Assembly: GCF_009914755.1 (NCBI RefSeq)
Contig: NC_060931.1
Origin: the human T2T-CHM13v2.0 reference genome, Homo sapiens
Reading direction: 5' to 3' (one strand)
DNA: 64,000 nucleotides
Shown: positions 44,138 to 59,557 of the stretch, one piece after another
How the letters are laid out: each line of letters begins with the position of its first letter
Position numbering within the stretch: position 1 is the first letter of the stretch
Translations under genes and position numbers: made by a program
The notes under the pieces: generated by a model
What the model was told of the DNA's origin: nothing
Databases searched by the model: none
What the model saw: the letters and a program-made list of their open reading frames with translations, nothing else

Positions 44138-44689
44138 ATAAAATATGCTGTGAGCCCAGAGGAGAGATAAATGACCAATGCTTCAGGGAGGCCAAAGGAT
44201 GGCTTCATAGGGAAAGGGGCATCTAGGTTGGGCACTGAAGCTCATATAGGAGTTCTAATTCACTCTCCCATCTACATTTGTTGGTCATAGAGGAAAGGAC
44301 TGAGCACATGCTGTGTTCAGACTTATAGGTACAAGTCAAGCTCAAATGTGGTGAATGTTCAGTGAGTTTGTATAATTTCGGGTGGCTCAGCAGAGCTTGT
44401 ACTGACAGGGAGAAGGCCGGTAGGTAAGCCTGGGGCCAGATGGAAAGCCACACGAAAGAGTTCAAATTTCATCCTTTGGGTACCAGGCTTTTAATCAGAA
44501 GAGTAATGCAATTCTCTTTGCTTAATTGTGTTCTAATTGTTCATTCATTAACTATAAGAAGGTGTTAATCACTCACTACACCAAGGAATGCTAAGGTATA
44601 AAAGCTCACTATACAAATAATAACAACAACAAGAGGTGGTATTTCTCCAGCTTTCACTACAGTGATACTAGCCTTGCATGTATATGACT

Positions 44690-45129
<440 letters not shown>

Positions 45130-45889
45130 TTAAGTTTAAAGGGTCATTTTTGCATCTTAAACCTTGCTTTCCATTATGACATCCTTGAGTTCAAGGACTG
45201 TATCCTTACCTTCCCTTTCACCCAAACTTGTTGCCTCTAATATGAAGCCGTTCCTGCTGTGCTCGGTAAAAGTAGCCCAGGCTCTCCCAGCAATGCCCTT
45301 TCCCTTGCAGGTATCCTGACCTCTATACAAAGGCATGAGGCAAACAGGAGCTACTGCTTGTTATCGGAGGATCTGTGGTCTTCATAGTGCAGGAATGTCA
45401 TCCCGGGGGGACTGTAGGATCTATCACTGTCAAACCCGAGGCCTTTTTTTTTTTTTTCTTATTCTTGCAAACTCAGGGCTTTTCAGATCTTTAGGGCTGA
45501 TCAGAGATAGGGCACTACAATAGACGGCTTAAATCGCAGCAAGTGGGGAGAAGAGGCAAAGAGAGGTACCACGCATAAAATAAAGTACACTGACTCTTTT
45601 TGGGAAGATAACACATAACTCTTGGTACACGCAGCACAATAAAAGTCCTTGGAGAACAGAGAAGATCTTTGTCAGAAATTGTATCTCATTTAGCAACATT
45701 GTTTCACTGTGTTCCTTTCAGAATGAAAGTGATTCATCTTGCTTTTGTTTCGGGTCGCCTTTTATTTTTTCCCTTCCTGGGAAATTTCTTTTCCATTAGG
45801 AGGCAGGCACTTTTTCCTTTCACCTGTCTTCACAAACCAGGACTTTGATCTGCAACGTGTTTATGCTCAGCTCTCACAGTCCAATTTAA

Positions 45890-45928
<39 letters not shown>
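45890..45928. repeat. (TC)n(TA)n compound microsatellite
   Basis: Seen directly. Confidence 0.9.
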
Positions 45929-46461
45929 ATTTTTCATTTTGCCAAGTAGTGATTCACATAACACGGACCATATTGACGTGAAATGGGTTAAAAAATATTT
46001 TAATGATCCCTTTCCTTGGAAATGGTGTGTGTCTGTTTGTGCATCGCATTACAAATACCATCATCATTTATTCAGTCAGGAAGTATTTTTGCATTTTTTT
46101 CTAACTTCATGGCGCTGCCGAGGACATGAAGTATTTGCTAGGAGGCAGTCATTGCACTGGGAATATCTCTAAATGAAAGGCAACACAAAAAGTAGTTAAT
46201 TCCGTTGCAGATGTTGAAGAGCAAAACGTCATGATACGAGACACCCCAAGGGCAACTTTAGAGGCTGTGTTCACCGCATCGAGAGAAGGAAGAAGAGGAT
46301 TCATAATGAAAATTCATAATTCATTTTGACTTGTATCAGAAGCCTTTTTGACAAAAGACAGAGACTGAAGTAACACGAATATCTTCTTGGAGGCCCGTGT
46401 CTGCCAGGTATTAACCACTTTATTTCATTGTCTCTGTTCAGCTTCAAGCAGCCTTAGTAAC

Positions 46462-46774
46462 GAGGTGCAGTGGCTCATACCAGTAATCCCAGCACTTTGA
46501 GCGGCTGAGTTGGGAGGACTGCTTGAGGCCAGCAGTTTGAGACCAGCCTGGGCAACATAGCAAGACCGCATCTCTACAAAAGATTAAAAAAAATAAATTA
46601 GCCAGGTGTGGTGGTGCACACTTGTAGTCCCAGCTACTCAGGAGGCTAAGGCAGGAGGATCCCTGGAGCCCAGGAGTTTCAGGATGCAGTAAGCCATGAT
46701 TGCACCACTATACTTCAGCCTGTGTGACAGAGTGAGACCCTGCCTCAAAACAAAATAAAGCAAAAAAAAAAAAA
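46462..46774 (+). mobile_element. AluJ
   Basis: Full dimer. Confidence 0.9.
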
Positions 46775-46867
46775 GCAGCAGATTGATTAAACCTAAGTTT
46801 ACAGCAATTGAGCACCTAGATTTATTTACAGCAATTGAGTGACTTTCAGAAAGCTCTATAGCTCAAG

Positions 46868-47185
<318 letters not shown>

Positions 47186-48360
47186 CTAAGTCATTTGACC
47201 ACATATACAAGGGTTTATTTCTGGAATTGGTTCTATTCCATTGATCTGTTGGTCTGTCTTCATGCCCTATCAGTTCATTGTCAGCACCAGAAAGTTAGTT
47301 CCATGAGGGCAGGTGCCCTGCCTGGCTTTCCACAGCCCCACCCCTGACACAGAGGAGCTCACTGAATTTCCAGCAGCTGACGAGCTGTGATAGTTTCTAG
47401 CCTTCCCTTGCACAGCTCAGATGGACTTCCCTGCATGCCTCCAGCTTGTCCTGTGTTGGGCATATCACCTCCCCTGGGCAGTCTGTCATGCTCTTCTTCC
47501 TCAGACTTAAAAGGGTCCTGCCTTCCCTCTCTCCAAACTCATCTCAGTGTCTGCTGGATTAGTTTGACCTTGCCTAGCCCCGTCCTCATTCTGTTCATAA
47601 GTGGAGCTTGTGCATCCAGCATTTGCCATTTGCTCACCCTTCTTCCAGGCGTCCTTCTTGCACCTATGTTCCTGTCCTCCATAGACCTGTGTCCACCAGT
47701 CTCTCATGGACCCCCGCCTGCTTTCTGGGATTTCCTTGTTTCACTTGAGTCCTGGCATTTCAGGGGCATGTGGGGACAAAGGAAAGCTAAGCCTTGGGCT
47801 CTGTTCCAGCCTTGTTTAAGTCACATCAAAAGGCCATCCTGGTTTTTTTCTTGTTTTTGTTTCCAGTCTCATAAATAAGGCCTCCGTAATGGCAGGGAGG
47901 AAATCCAGAGGGCAGGAACACAGCATTACATCATCACATTACCTACAGGGATGCATTTTCAAGGCCAGCAAACTCAATTAGCTCGTTGGTAATAGCAGTT
48001 CCAGCACCAGGACGCACACAGCAGAGCTCATCGTGCTGAAGAAGGACACGGAAGACAGATGACAATGTGGTCCACCATGCAGACCCGCCAGCAAACTAGC
48101 CCAGAGAGACAGCTCCGTACCAAATGTGGTTTGCTTTCAATAATTTTGGGCTGCTATTTTTTATATATTTAAGTCTTGAGAAATAGAATGCTCTTTGTAA
48201 GCTTCATCCTCATTATTTGTTTCATCACCTGTCCCTGAGCAACCTTTCTTTTCTTCTGCAAATTTCCAGCTATTGTGCTGGACCCTTGTTGACTCCAATA
48301 GAGATGGCACCATGTCCCAGAAGCCAAAGAGGAGACCTGGAGCCAGTGAAGGTGACATAA

Positions 48361-49341
48361 TATCAGTGGCAGGAGGCAGACAAATTCCTAGGCAGACAGG
48401 GCCAGGTCCCTGGTGAAATCCGACCTTCAAGCCAAAGACAGCCCAAAGCCTGAAAACCTAGCTACTACAGCCCAGGACTGGAGTGAGAACTTCCTCGATG
48501 GCTTTTTAGCCAATCAAATGATGCTTTTTCCAGGTCCACCCACAGACCAATCAGCACGCACTCGCCCATTCTGAGCCCATAAAAACCCCAGACTCAGCCA
48601 CACACTGGAACTACCTGATTTGGGGAAGGGGCTGCTTACTTCGAGTTACTCTCTCATGTTGAGAGTTGTTATGTTGCACAGTAAAACTCTTCCCCACCTT
48701 GCTAACTCTCTGGTTGTCCATGTAACCTTATGTCATGGGACAAGAACCCAGAGCCTGCTTAACAGCAGCAGTGAAAAGGGTTGTAACATGTTCCTGCCTG
48801 GCTTACCAAGCTGTGGGTGGTGACATGCTCTCATTTGCTGGACTGTGAGGGAAGACCGGTAACCCTTCTGGGGGCCCAGGTCTTGGGACTCCCTGAGCCA
48901 GAGCTGTGACACGCTGTAACACCCACTTAGGCCTCTGTGGTTGCTGGTGTCTCTAAATTTTTGGGCACCAACATGTTCCCCTCATCCAGATGCCAGCACC
49001 CAAGGCAGAAACCGCTTGAGGCACATCTGGTCCAACCACAACCTTGTACAAAGCTCGTGCACGTGCTGGCACCTGGAGCTGCCCGCCCCGCCATAGCAGC
49101 TGGCACACTTGGCTGTGCCCCATGCTTGCTTGATCACACACCCCTCACCACTCTGTACCTGACTCACTCACAGTGGGTGTGGGATCTGGGTCGGTAGCGA
49201 GAGCCGAGCAGAGCCAGCCCAGCACAGCTTGCTGGGCTAAGTGGGCAGAGCCAGCCTGGTGGTCATGGGTGAAACTCGGGCATCTCTGCCAACCGCAGAG
49301 GTTTCCAGCTGGTGAAGCAGCATCCAAAGAATCCTGTGTCA
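48361..49341 (+). mobile_element. LTR27/MER52-group ERV1 solo LTR
   Basis: GGCAGGAGGCAGACAAATTCCTAGGCAGACAGGG; two CCAAT boxes; CATAAAA; ends CCTGTGTCA; flanks ATAA/ATAG. Confidence 0.75.
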
Positions 49342-49431
49342 ATAGGGTTTATTGAGGACTTAAAAATGGGGCAGTCCAGGAGTGGCAGGCTGGACAGGAG
49401 ACTCCCTGCTTTTTAAAAAAATGCACACAGG

Positions 49432-49733
49432 GGCCAGGTGCAGTGGCTCACGCCTGTAATCCCAACACTTTGGGAGGCCGAGGCAGGTGGATCACCTGAG
49501 GTCAGGAGTTCGAGACCAGCGTGACCAACATGGTGAAACCCTGTCTCTACTAAAAATACAAAATTAGCTGGGTATGGTGGTGCATGCCTGTAATCCCAGC
49601 TACTTGGGAGGCTAAGGCAAGAGAATTGCTTGAACCTAGGGAGTGGAGGTTGCGCCGAGCCAAGATCGCGCCATTGCACTCCAGCCTGGGTGACAAGAGT
49701 GAAACTCCATCTCAAAAAAAAAAAAAAAAAAAA
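49432..49733 (+). mobile_element. AluSq/Sp-like
   Basis: Full dimer with poly-A. Confidence 0.95.
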
Positions 49734-49920
49734 TGCATGCAGGTTGTAATACTTTGTCACTTAGCAACCTCCACCTAGCAACCTCCATGTATCCCAAAAC
49801 AAAGGGCCTCGAACCCCTGTAGAGCCTGCATTTCAAGGGATGGTCCAGGGATTCTGATGTCCTTTACAGATAAGCAATGAATCTTCAGGTTGGCCACTTC
49901 TGGATTCCTTAGCTTGGAGC

Positions 49921-50215
49921 TTTTTTTTTTTCCTTTGAGATGAAATCTCACTTTGTCGCCAGGCTGGAGTGTAGTGGCACGATCTCGGCTCACTGCAAAC
50001 TCTGCCTCCTGGGTTCAAGTGATTCTCCTGCTTTCAGCCTCTGAGTAGCTGGGACTACAGGTGCCCACCACCATGCTCAGCTAATTTTTGTATTTTTAGT
50101 AGAGACGGGGTTTCACCATGTTGGCCAGGATGGTCTCTATCTCTTGACCTTGTGATCTACCCGTCTCAGCCTCCCAAAGTGCTGGGATTACAGGCGTGAG
50201 CCACCGCGCCCAGCC
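49921..50215 (-). mobile_element. AluSc-like
   Basis: Antisense dimer. Confidence 0.95.
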
Positions 50216-50985
50216 AGAACTTTGAACACACATTTCCTTAGATGATAGTGTTATTTTCAGGGTGTGCTTAAGTTATTGCTCTCAAGTGTGTCTTCCATAC
50301 ACTAACATTGAGGCCTAGAGAGGTTAGAACGCTTACCTACATACATTTAGTAAGTGGCCTTATCTCAGTCACGGTTTAGTCATTGTTCAGTGTGTCAGAT
50401 CATCAGCTGTGCTAATGTTTTGGGTAAGTTAGAGCAGGCATAAAATCCTCATCCAGAATCAGTGGGGAAGAAGGACAGTCAGGATTACTGAGAAGTCAAA
50501 ATAACATACTATTTTAACCAGAGTGTCATGACAGCAGAGAATGTTTTGGGCTAACAGTTCTGAGAATTTAACTTGTCCAACCTTGTAATTTTATGGATGA
50601 GGAAACCAAGAGCCGTAGAAAGTTAAATTGTGTCTGCCAGGCAGCCATGGCTCATTAGCACACGTGCAGAATGACTATAAATAAGCCACAGTCCACTTAC
50701 AGCTTTTCTAGCCACTCTTGCAGAGTCTCTTCAGAGCGTGCTTTATCACCCAGAGATGAGGCGGATTCCAAAGCAGCACACAGTGGGCCTTCAGGTGCTG
50801 TCAACTTTATGTTGATAGGTTATTTGCTTTTATCTGCAAACTAAGCAAGCCCTTCAGAATTTCAGTTAACTTTCTATTTTCAATAAGGAGTTCTTTGTTT
50901 ATAGTGCTAAGAGAAGTGTTGGTTATGCTGGTAAACAGCAAAACTGTCGAATTAGAGGCATTCAAATACTTTTGCAGGAAGGTTA

Positions 50986-51435
50986 TGTGAACCTGAAAAT
51001 CTGAGACCGGTCTCAGTTAATTTAGAAAGTTTATTTTGCCAGGGTTGAGGGCACACACCTGTGACACAGCCTCAGGAGGTCCTGATGACATGTGCCCAAG
51101 GTGGTCGGGGCACAGCTTGGTTTACACATTTTAGGGAGACATGAGACATCAATCAATAAGTGTAAGGTGTACATTGGTTCAGTCCAGACAGGTGGGACAA
51201 CTCTAGGCAAAGGCCAGGCAACTCGAAGTGGGGAGGGGGCTTTCGAGTCATAGGTCAATAAGAGAGAAATTGTTGGATTTTTTTGTTTCTGATTAGCCTT
51301 TCCAAAGGAGGCGATCAGATATACAGAGGGGTGACTTTGAATAGAATGGGAGACAGGTTTGCCTTAAGCAGTTCCCAGCTTGGCTTTTCCTTTTAGCTTT
51401 GTGATTTGGGGACCCCAAGATTTATTTTCATTACA
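50986..51435 (-). mobile_element. MER4A-like ERV1 LTR
   Basis: TCTCAGTTAATTTAGAAAGTTTATTTTGCC...CAGCCTCAGGAGGTCCTGATGACATGTGCCCAAGGTGGTC. Confidence 0.9.
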
Positions 51436-52221
51436 TCATACTTCTCTCAAAGCAACCTCTGTTTCCCAGGCCTCTTTAGCCCTAAGATGCATTTTTCATC
51501 TCCTGCCTTTTCTGGAAAAAGAAGACGAATCCTGTGTACAGAGGCCTTTATATCTTGGCTACCAACAATCCCTGCTTCTATGCAGAACACACTTAGAAAG
51601 CATGTGGATTCCGGCCTGTGTTCTAAAATGGCTCATTAATCATGCATTTCCTTAAGAAGGATTCTAAAGAGCTCCGATTTGGTGGGGAGCATTCCCCTTC
51701 TTCCCTCGGGCGGACTAGCAAGTGCAGAGTCTTGCAGTTCTTTCATCTATTTACAGCTCACAGAAGCCACCCCGAAGGGGATGATGGTGATGTGTGATTC
51801 CTAAGGAGAAATCACTCAAATTCATGAAGATTATCCCTGTGCCTTTATAACGTAGGTACATCGTTAAATGTGCTTTGTTGAAGCTATGCTAAAGTGTTGG
51901 ACATTTCAGTGGATAAACAAAACAATAAAAACAGACAAGATGGTTTTCTAGTTATGGGACTCTTAAAACTCTACTTGAATTTAGCAGGGATTAGGTATAT
52001 GTGTTTGTGTTGCTTCCTTTCTCCTCCCTCCCTTCCTCATTTTCTCTATCTTTATCTTTGTAACGAGGCCATGCGTGTTACTGGGAAATACAGTAAATTT
52101 GGAGACAGGCTTGGGTTCCCATCCAAGGTTCATCATCACTCATAATTGAGTGACCCCGTACACATTATGTGACTGTTCTGACTCTTAGCAATTGAAGGAT
52201 AACAATAGAGAAAAAAATTGT

Positions 52222-52561
52222 GTAAGATTATGTATAAATGGATAAGATTATATATAAATTGTATAAGACTATATATAAATGGATAGATAGATGGATAGAT
52301 GGATGGATGAATGGATAGATAGATAGACGGATGGATGGATGGATGGAAGGAAGGAAGGATGGATGGATGGATGGATGGATAAATGGATGAATAGATGGAT
52401 GGATGGATGGATGGACGAATGGATAGCTAGCTAGATGGATAGTTGGTTGGATGAATGGATAAATGGATGGATGAGTGGATAGATGATAGACAGATATGTA
52501 GATGGATAAATTGATAGACAGATGGATGAACAGGTAGATGGATAGATAGATAGATGAATAG
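52222..52561. repeat. Compound (GGAT)n/(GATA)n tetranucleotide repeat
   Basis: About 280 bp, preceded by three TAAGA(T/C)TA..TATAAAT units. Confidence 0.9.
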
Positions 52562-52596
52562 AGTCCACAGGACAGTGCATAAATAGATCATAGACT

Positions 52597-52865
52597 CTTT
52601 TCATTCTTTTTTTGTTTATTCTTTTTTAGTGATGAAGTCTCACTCTGTCACCCAAGCTGGAGTGCACTAATGTGATCGTAGCTCATTGCAGTCTGGAACT
52701 CTTGGGCTCAAGCAGGTATTTGTCATCATGCTTAGCAGATTTTTAAAAATATCTGTAGAGATAGGGTCTTACTATGCTGCCCAGGCTGGTCTCAATCTAC
52801 TGGCCTCCAGCAATCCTCTCACCTTGGTCTCTCAAAGCGCTAGGATTACAGACATGAGCTACTAT
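52597..52865 (-). mobile_element. AluJ, internally deleted
   Basis: Antisense J-type. Confidence 0.85.
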
Positions 52866-52867
52866 TC

Positions 52868-53215
52868 TTTATTCAATAAAAATGTGTTTCATTGAGCACG
52901 TTCTTTGGCCATCCCACTTGTAAATGCTAGGGATATAACACTGAATAAAAGCGACAAGCCCCTGCTGTTGTAGAACTGATATTCTAGTGAAGGAGCCAAA
53001 CCTGAATTATAGTATATAGAATGCAACACCCGTCATAGAAAGAAACAAGTCAGGGAAGTAGGGCAAGAAGTGTGGCTGGGGAAGAGGTGTTTCAAATTTT
53101 AAATGGGTCATCAGGGAAGGACTTATGCAGAGGATGGCATTTGAATAGAGGCCTTGAGTGGTGCTGGAGGGTGCAGCAGATAATCCAGGGAAGAGGGATC
53201 CCTGGCAGGGGCCTA
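52868..53215 (-). mobile_element. L2 3' fragment
   Basis: TTATTCAATAAAA...ATTGAGCAC...GCTAGGGATATA...ATTCTAGTG...CAGGGAAGG. Confidence 0.7.
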
Positions 53216-53265
53216 CTGCAATACATAGTGATAATTTATATGTAAAGAGAAGCTGTTCTGCCTTC

Positions 53266-53762
53266 TTGTGAATGGGATGAAGTTACAAAGCAAGCGCAGT
53301 TCTTTATACCAATCCCTTTCCTACTTATCTTCCTCAGATGTTGGAGCACAGGGGAATGAGTTGACCAGTGACCCAGCTGCTGCTCTCAGAAATCTACCAA
53401 TCGCCATGTTTCCATGGAGGCCAAGCTTTCCCGACTGCTCCCAGACAGTGATTGAGCATGGCAGGATTCTCAGGCAAGCCCACTCCTGGGAAATGCACCA
53501 CTTCTATCATGGGCTCCCCATCAGCTTTGCAGAAACTTTTGCAGAACCTCGTGCGAAGTCTTGCCCTGCCCTGTGTTCCCATCTTTCCCTTCTCCCCTGG
53601 TGCTAGACTTGCGCTGTGGTCTGATGACTCTCCTGGACTCCGCTGGCTTCCTTCCCATTTTCCCTTGCAGGAGTTTTCTCTAATAAGTCTCTTACACTCT
53701 TATTAGAGTTTTCCCTAATAAATCCAGACTTAGCATCTGCTTGGAATACCAAGACTGACACA
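53266..53762 (+). mobile_element. LTR16-family ERVL LTR
   Basis: CTGCTCCCAGACAGTGATTGAGCATGGCAG...ends CCAAGACTGACACA. Confidence 0.7.
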
Positions 53763-53863
53763 GGCACCATTGAGGAACTTTAGGTGCCCAGGTAACAGCC
53801 AGCACAAACTGTTGGACCTTTGAGTGAGGCCAGCTTGGACCTTCTTGTGCAATTGATAAATTA

Positions 53864-54264
<401 letters not shown>

Positions 54265-54673
54265 CAATAGAATTACCATATGATGCAGCAATTCTACTTC
54301 TGGTTATATACCCAAAAGAACTGGAAGCAGGGACTCACAGAGATCCTTCTGCAGTCACGTTCATAGCAGAATTATTTACAATGGCCCAAGTGTCCATTGC
54401 ACATGAATGAATAAGCAGAATGTGGTATATACATACAATGGAATATCATTCAGCTTTAAAAATAATGGAAATTCTGACACATGATACAACATGGATGAAA
54501 CTTAAGGACATCATGCTAAGTGAAATAAGCCAATCCCAAAAAGGCAAATACTGTATAATTCCATTTATATGAGGTACTTAGAGTAGTCACAATCGTATAG
54601 ACAGAGAGTTGATTGGCAGTTTCCAGGGACAGGGGAGACAGGAAAATGAGGAGTTACTGTTCAATGTATATAA

Positions 54674-54988
<315 letters not shown>

Positions 54989-55159
54989 TAAAGTTTAAGT
55001 TTTTAAAATGAAAAGAATTATGGAAGTGGATAGTGATAAAGATTGTACATTATAAATGTATTTAATACTACCAAAATGTACACTGAAGAACTGGTGAGTT
55101 AGTCTGTTTTGCCATGCTGTAAAGGAATACCTGAGGCTGGGTAACTTATAGAGAAAAGA

Positions 55160-55443
55160 GGCTCACACCTGTAATCCCAGGGCTTCGGGAGACTGAAGCT
55201 GGTGGATTGCTTGAGTTCATGAGTTTGAGACCAGCCTGGGCAATATGGTGAAACCCTGTCTTTACAAAACATACGACAATTAGCCAGGTGTGGTGGTGCA
55301 CACCTGTAGTCCCAGGTACTTGGGAGGCTGAGATGGGAGGATGGCTTGAGCCTGGGAGTTTGAGGCTGCAGTGAGCTATGATTCCATCACTGCAGCACTC
55401 CACCCTGGGTGATAGAGCCAGAACTTGTCTCAAAAAAAAAAAA
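55160..55443 (+). mobile_element. AluJ
   Basis: Dimer with short 5' truncation. Confidence 0.9.
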
Positions 55444-55743
55444 GGCTGGGTGCAGTGGCTCACGCCTGTAATCCCAGCACTTTGGGAGACTGAGACGGGC
55501 AGATCACAAGGTCAGGAGATCGAGACCATCCTGGCTAACATGGTGAAACCCTGTCTCTACTAAAAATACAAAAAAATTATCCAGGCGTGGTGGCAGGTGC
55601 CTGTAGTCCCAGCTACTCAGGAGGCTGAGGCAGGAGAATGGTGTGAACCGGGAGGCGGAGCTTGCAGTGAGCCGAGATTGTGCCACTACACTCCAGCCTG
55701 GGTGACTGAGTGAGACTCTGTCTCAAAAAAAAAAAAAAAAAAA
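55444..55743 (+). mobile_element. AluY
   Basis: ATCCTGGCTAACA, GAATGGTGTGAACC, GGAGCTTGCAG. Confidence 0.9.
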
Positions 55744-56184
55744 GAGGTTTATTTGTCTCATGGTTCTACAGGCTGTACCTGCATGCCACTAGCATCTGCT
55801 AGGCTTCTTGTGAGGCCTCGGGAAACTTACTTACGATAGAAGGTGAAAAGAGAACAGGCAGGAACATCACATGGGGAGAGAGAGAGCAAGAGAGGGAGAG
55901 AGAGGGAGCAAGAAAGAGAGAGAGAGAAGGAGCTCCTTGAAACAACCAGCTGTTGTGTGAACTAACAGAATGAGAACTCTCTCATCACCATGGGGAGGGC
56001 ACCAAGCCATTCATGAGGGATCCGCCCCCATGACCCAAATACCTCCTGCCAGACCTCACCTCCAACATTGGGGATCACATTTCACCATGAGATTTGGAGG
56101 AGACACACATCCAAACCCTATCAGATGGTAAATTTTAAGTTGTGCATATTTTAGCACAATTTAAAAAAAGAAAAAAAATTATAG

Positions 56185-56547
<363 letters not shown>

Positions 56548-56657
56548 TAATTGTTTTAAGGCACTTATGTTTGGGGTGCCTTGTTAGGTAGCAAAGGCTA
56601 GGGACACAATACCAGGGGAAGACTTAGAGGAACCAGGAACAGAGGAATAAACTAGCA

Positions 56658-56772
56658 GCTGAGGCAGGAGAATCCTTGAACCCAGGAGGCAGAAGTTGTA
56701 GTGAGTTGAGAGTGCACCACTGCACTGCAGTCTGGGAGACAGAGGGAGACTCAGTCAAAAAAAAAAAAAAAA
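56658..56772 (+). mobile_element. Alu right-arm fragment
   Basis: GCTGAGGCAGGAGAATC...poly-A. Confidence 0.85.
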
Positions 56773-57086
56773 GAGAGAGAGCTCTCAGTTCTGCAGGCTG
56801 GCTCAGGTGTGAAGAGAAGATATGACCAACCCAGCACGTGCTGAGGAGCCCTGCCTGGGTCCTTAGCTGAGCAACCATTCCCAGACCAAACTGTCTTTCC
56901 ACAACCTACTCCTGTTGACCTGATTGTTTAGTAGAGTGTCATACTATGCCTGTGTTCACACTTTGATTTAGGCCTCAGTAAGTCCCACATTGGATTCTGT
57001 TCCTGCCTCTAACTGGGCTCTTTAATGTCCACCCATTCCTGTCTTACCAATGTATATTCAGACTTGGGCTTTTTAACTAAATATTT

Positions 57087-57453
57087 GGCTGGGCACAGTG
57101 GCTCACACCTGTAATCCCAACATTTTGGGAGGCCGAGGCAGGAGGATTGCTTGAGGCCAGGAGTTTGAGACCAGCTGGGGCAACATAGTAAGATCCCGAG
57201 GTCTACAAAAAATAAAAATACTAGCTGAATGTTGCGGTGCATGCCTGTATTCCCAGCTACTTGGGAGGCTGAGGCTGGAGGATGATTTGAGCCCAGGAAT
57301 TCCAGGCTGCATTGAGCCAGCAGTGAGCCATGCAGCCTGAAACTTCTGAGCTCAAGCCATCCTCCAGCCTCAGCCTCCCAAGTAGCACTTGTACCACTGT
57401 CCACCAGCCTGGGAAACAGAGCGAGACCCAGTCTCAAAAAATAAAATAAAATA
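57087..57453 (+). mobile_element. AluJ with an internal inverted duplication
   Basis: Antisense 56-bp segment at 57331-57386. Confidence 0.9.
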
Positions 57454-57523
57454 GAATGAAAATATTAAATATTCACCTGCATGCCCCATCTTTTGCTGTT
57501 TCCTGCTGATCTCCTAAATCTGA

Positions 57524-58025
<502 letters not shown>

Positions 58026-58559
58026 TGAAGGCTGTCTTCTAATGCGTTCCTGAATCCCTCACTGTCCCTGTGTTCTCATGGCTAACCTGCTTTCCAGCAC
58101 ATCAAGATGTCACTTACTGAGAATTTCAACTTCTGCCAGCCAGAAGTTGAAGGCAGCCAGTGGCAGGCAGTCTGATGCAGGCAGCTCTCTCCACCTGACC
58201 CCACAGAAGGGCTGCATTTCCAAAGTCAGCGGCTACTTCCTCCAAAGGATTACTCAGGACTTTCCTGGCAAGGGGGATGATTATGCCTGCCACAAAACTT
58301 ATTAACTTGTCAATCCTTGGCAGAGGGGTTGCGCCTGAAAACTGTTTTCAAGTAGCAAGAATGCACTTGATTCATGGAGAGAGGCATTTTTTATTTGAGA
58401 AAAAAAAAAGTAAATCCCTTTTCTGCACTCCGATAAATTAAAAAATCCATACTATTAAATAGCACTAGGAAAAACTAGCTCTTAGAGGACTCATGAATAC
58501 TTTCAAATTATGGTGAAACAAAGACACACAGAAGGCAATGTCACAAATATAAGATACTC

Positions 58560-58850
58560 TTTTTTTTGAAACAGGGTCCTGCTCTGTCATTCAGGTTGGA
58601 GTGCAGTGGTATGATGATAGCTCAAAGCAGCCTCTAACCCCTGAGCTCAAATAATCGTCCTGCCTTAGCCTCCTGAATAGCTGGGATTAGAGGTGAGCAC
58701 CACCATGCCTGGCTAATTTTTGAATTTTTTTCTAGCAATGGGATTTCACCATGTTGTCTAGGCTGGTCTCGAACTCCTGACCTCAAGAGATCTGCCCACC
58801 CTGGCCTCCCACAGTGCTGGGATTACAGGCGGGAGCCACTTGCCCAGCCC
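58560..58850 (-). mobile_element. AluJ-like
   Basis: Antisense dimer. Confidence 0.9.
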
Positions 58851-58928
58851 ATATCACTTTTTGATCCTAAAAATCCCTTTATGTGTCTTTGGGATATTTA
58901 AGGAGATAGGTATTAAAGAGATTTAGTG

Positions 58929-59215
<287 letters not shown>

Positions 59216-59219
59216 AGTA

Positions 59220-59557
59220 GAAGTTTCCAGGTGTGCATTTCAGGGTGACAGGAAGCTTTACTCCATGTAGTAGCTCAGGAATTCAAGCTGATGGCTTCAA
59301 AAGTTACTGAGTGTCACCTTTTCTGACAATGTGAAGATGGAAAGAGTGGAAGTTTAAACCTCCAAATTTCCTTTTCAGTAAATGAGGCAGAAATTGCACA
59401 TATTACTTCCTTTCCAGTTCCACCAGCAGTATAGTTATACGGCCACCCTAATCAAACAGGGCTGGAAAATGTAGTCTCAAGTTGGACTCAGGTCTACTAC
59501 AACAATAGCAATAGATGTGTAAAACTGATTACAATTGCAGCTTGCATCTCTACCACA
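59220..59557. mobile_element. Old MLT1 (J/K/L-like) LTR fragment
   Basis: GGGGCTGGAAAATGTAGTCT...TCTCTACCACA. Confidence 0.5.

Larger units (their letters stand above)
48273..50301 (-). mobile_element. LTR47-like ERVL LTR, fragmented by a nested LTR and two Alus
   Basis: Reverse start TGTATGGAAGACACAC...GCAATAACTTAAGCACACCCTG; the other end is TGTGCTGGACCC...GATGGCACCATG. Confidence 0.7.
55095..56123 (-). mobile_element. MSTB-like MaLR LTR split by two Alus
   Basis: GCTGTAAAGGAATACCTGAGGCTGGGTAA...GAGATTTGGAGG...CATCCAAACCCTATCA. Confidence 0.9.

Noticed and set aside
46798-46839. TTTACAGCAATTGAG direct repeat (similar small repeats near 2608 and 49762)
   Set aside because: Ordinary micro-duplications.
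47387-47878. 163-aa ORF in non-Alu DNA
   Set aside because: Non-ATG start, L/S/P-rich composition from pyrimidine-rich DNA, and no recognisable homology.
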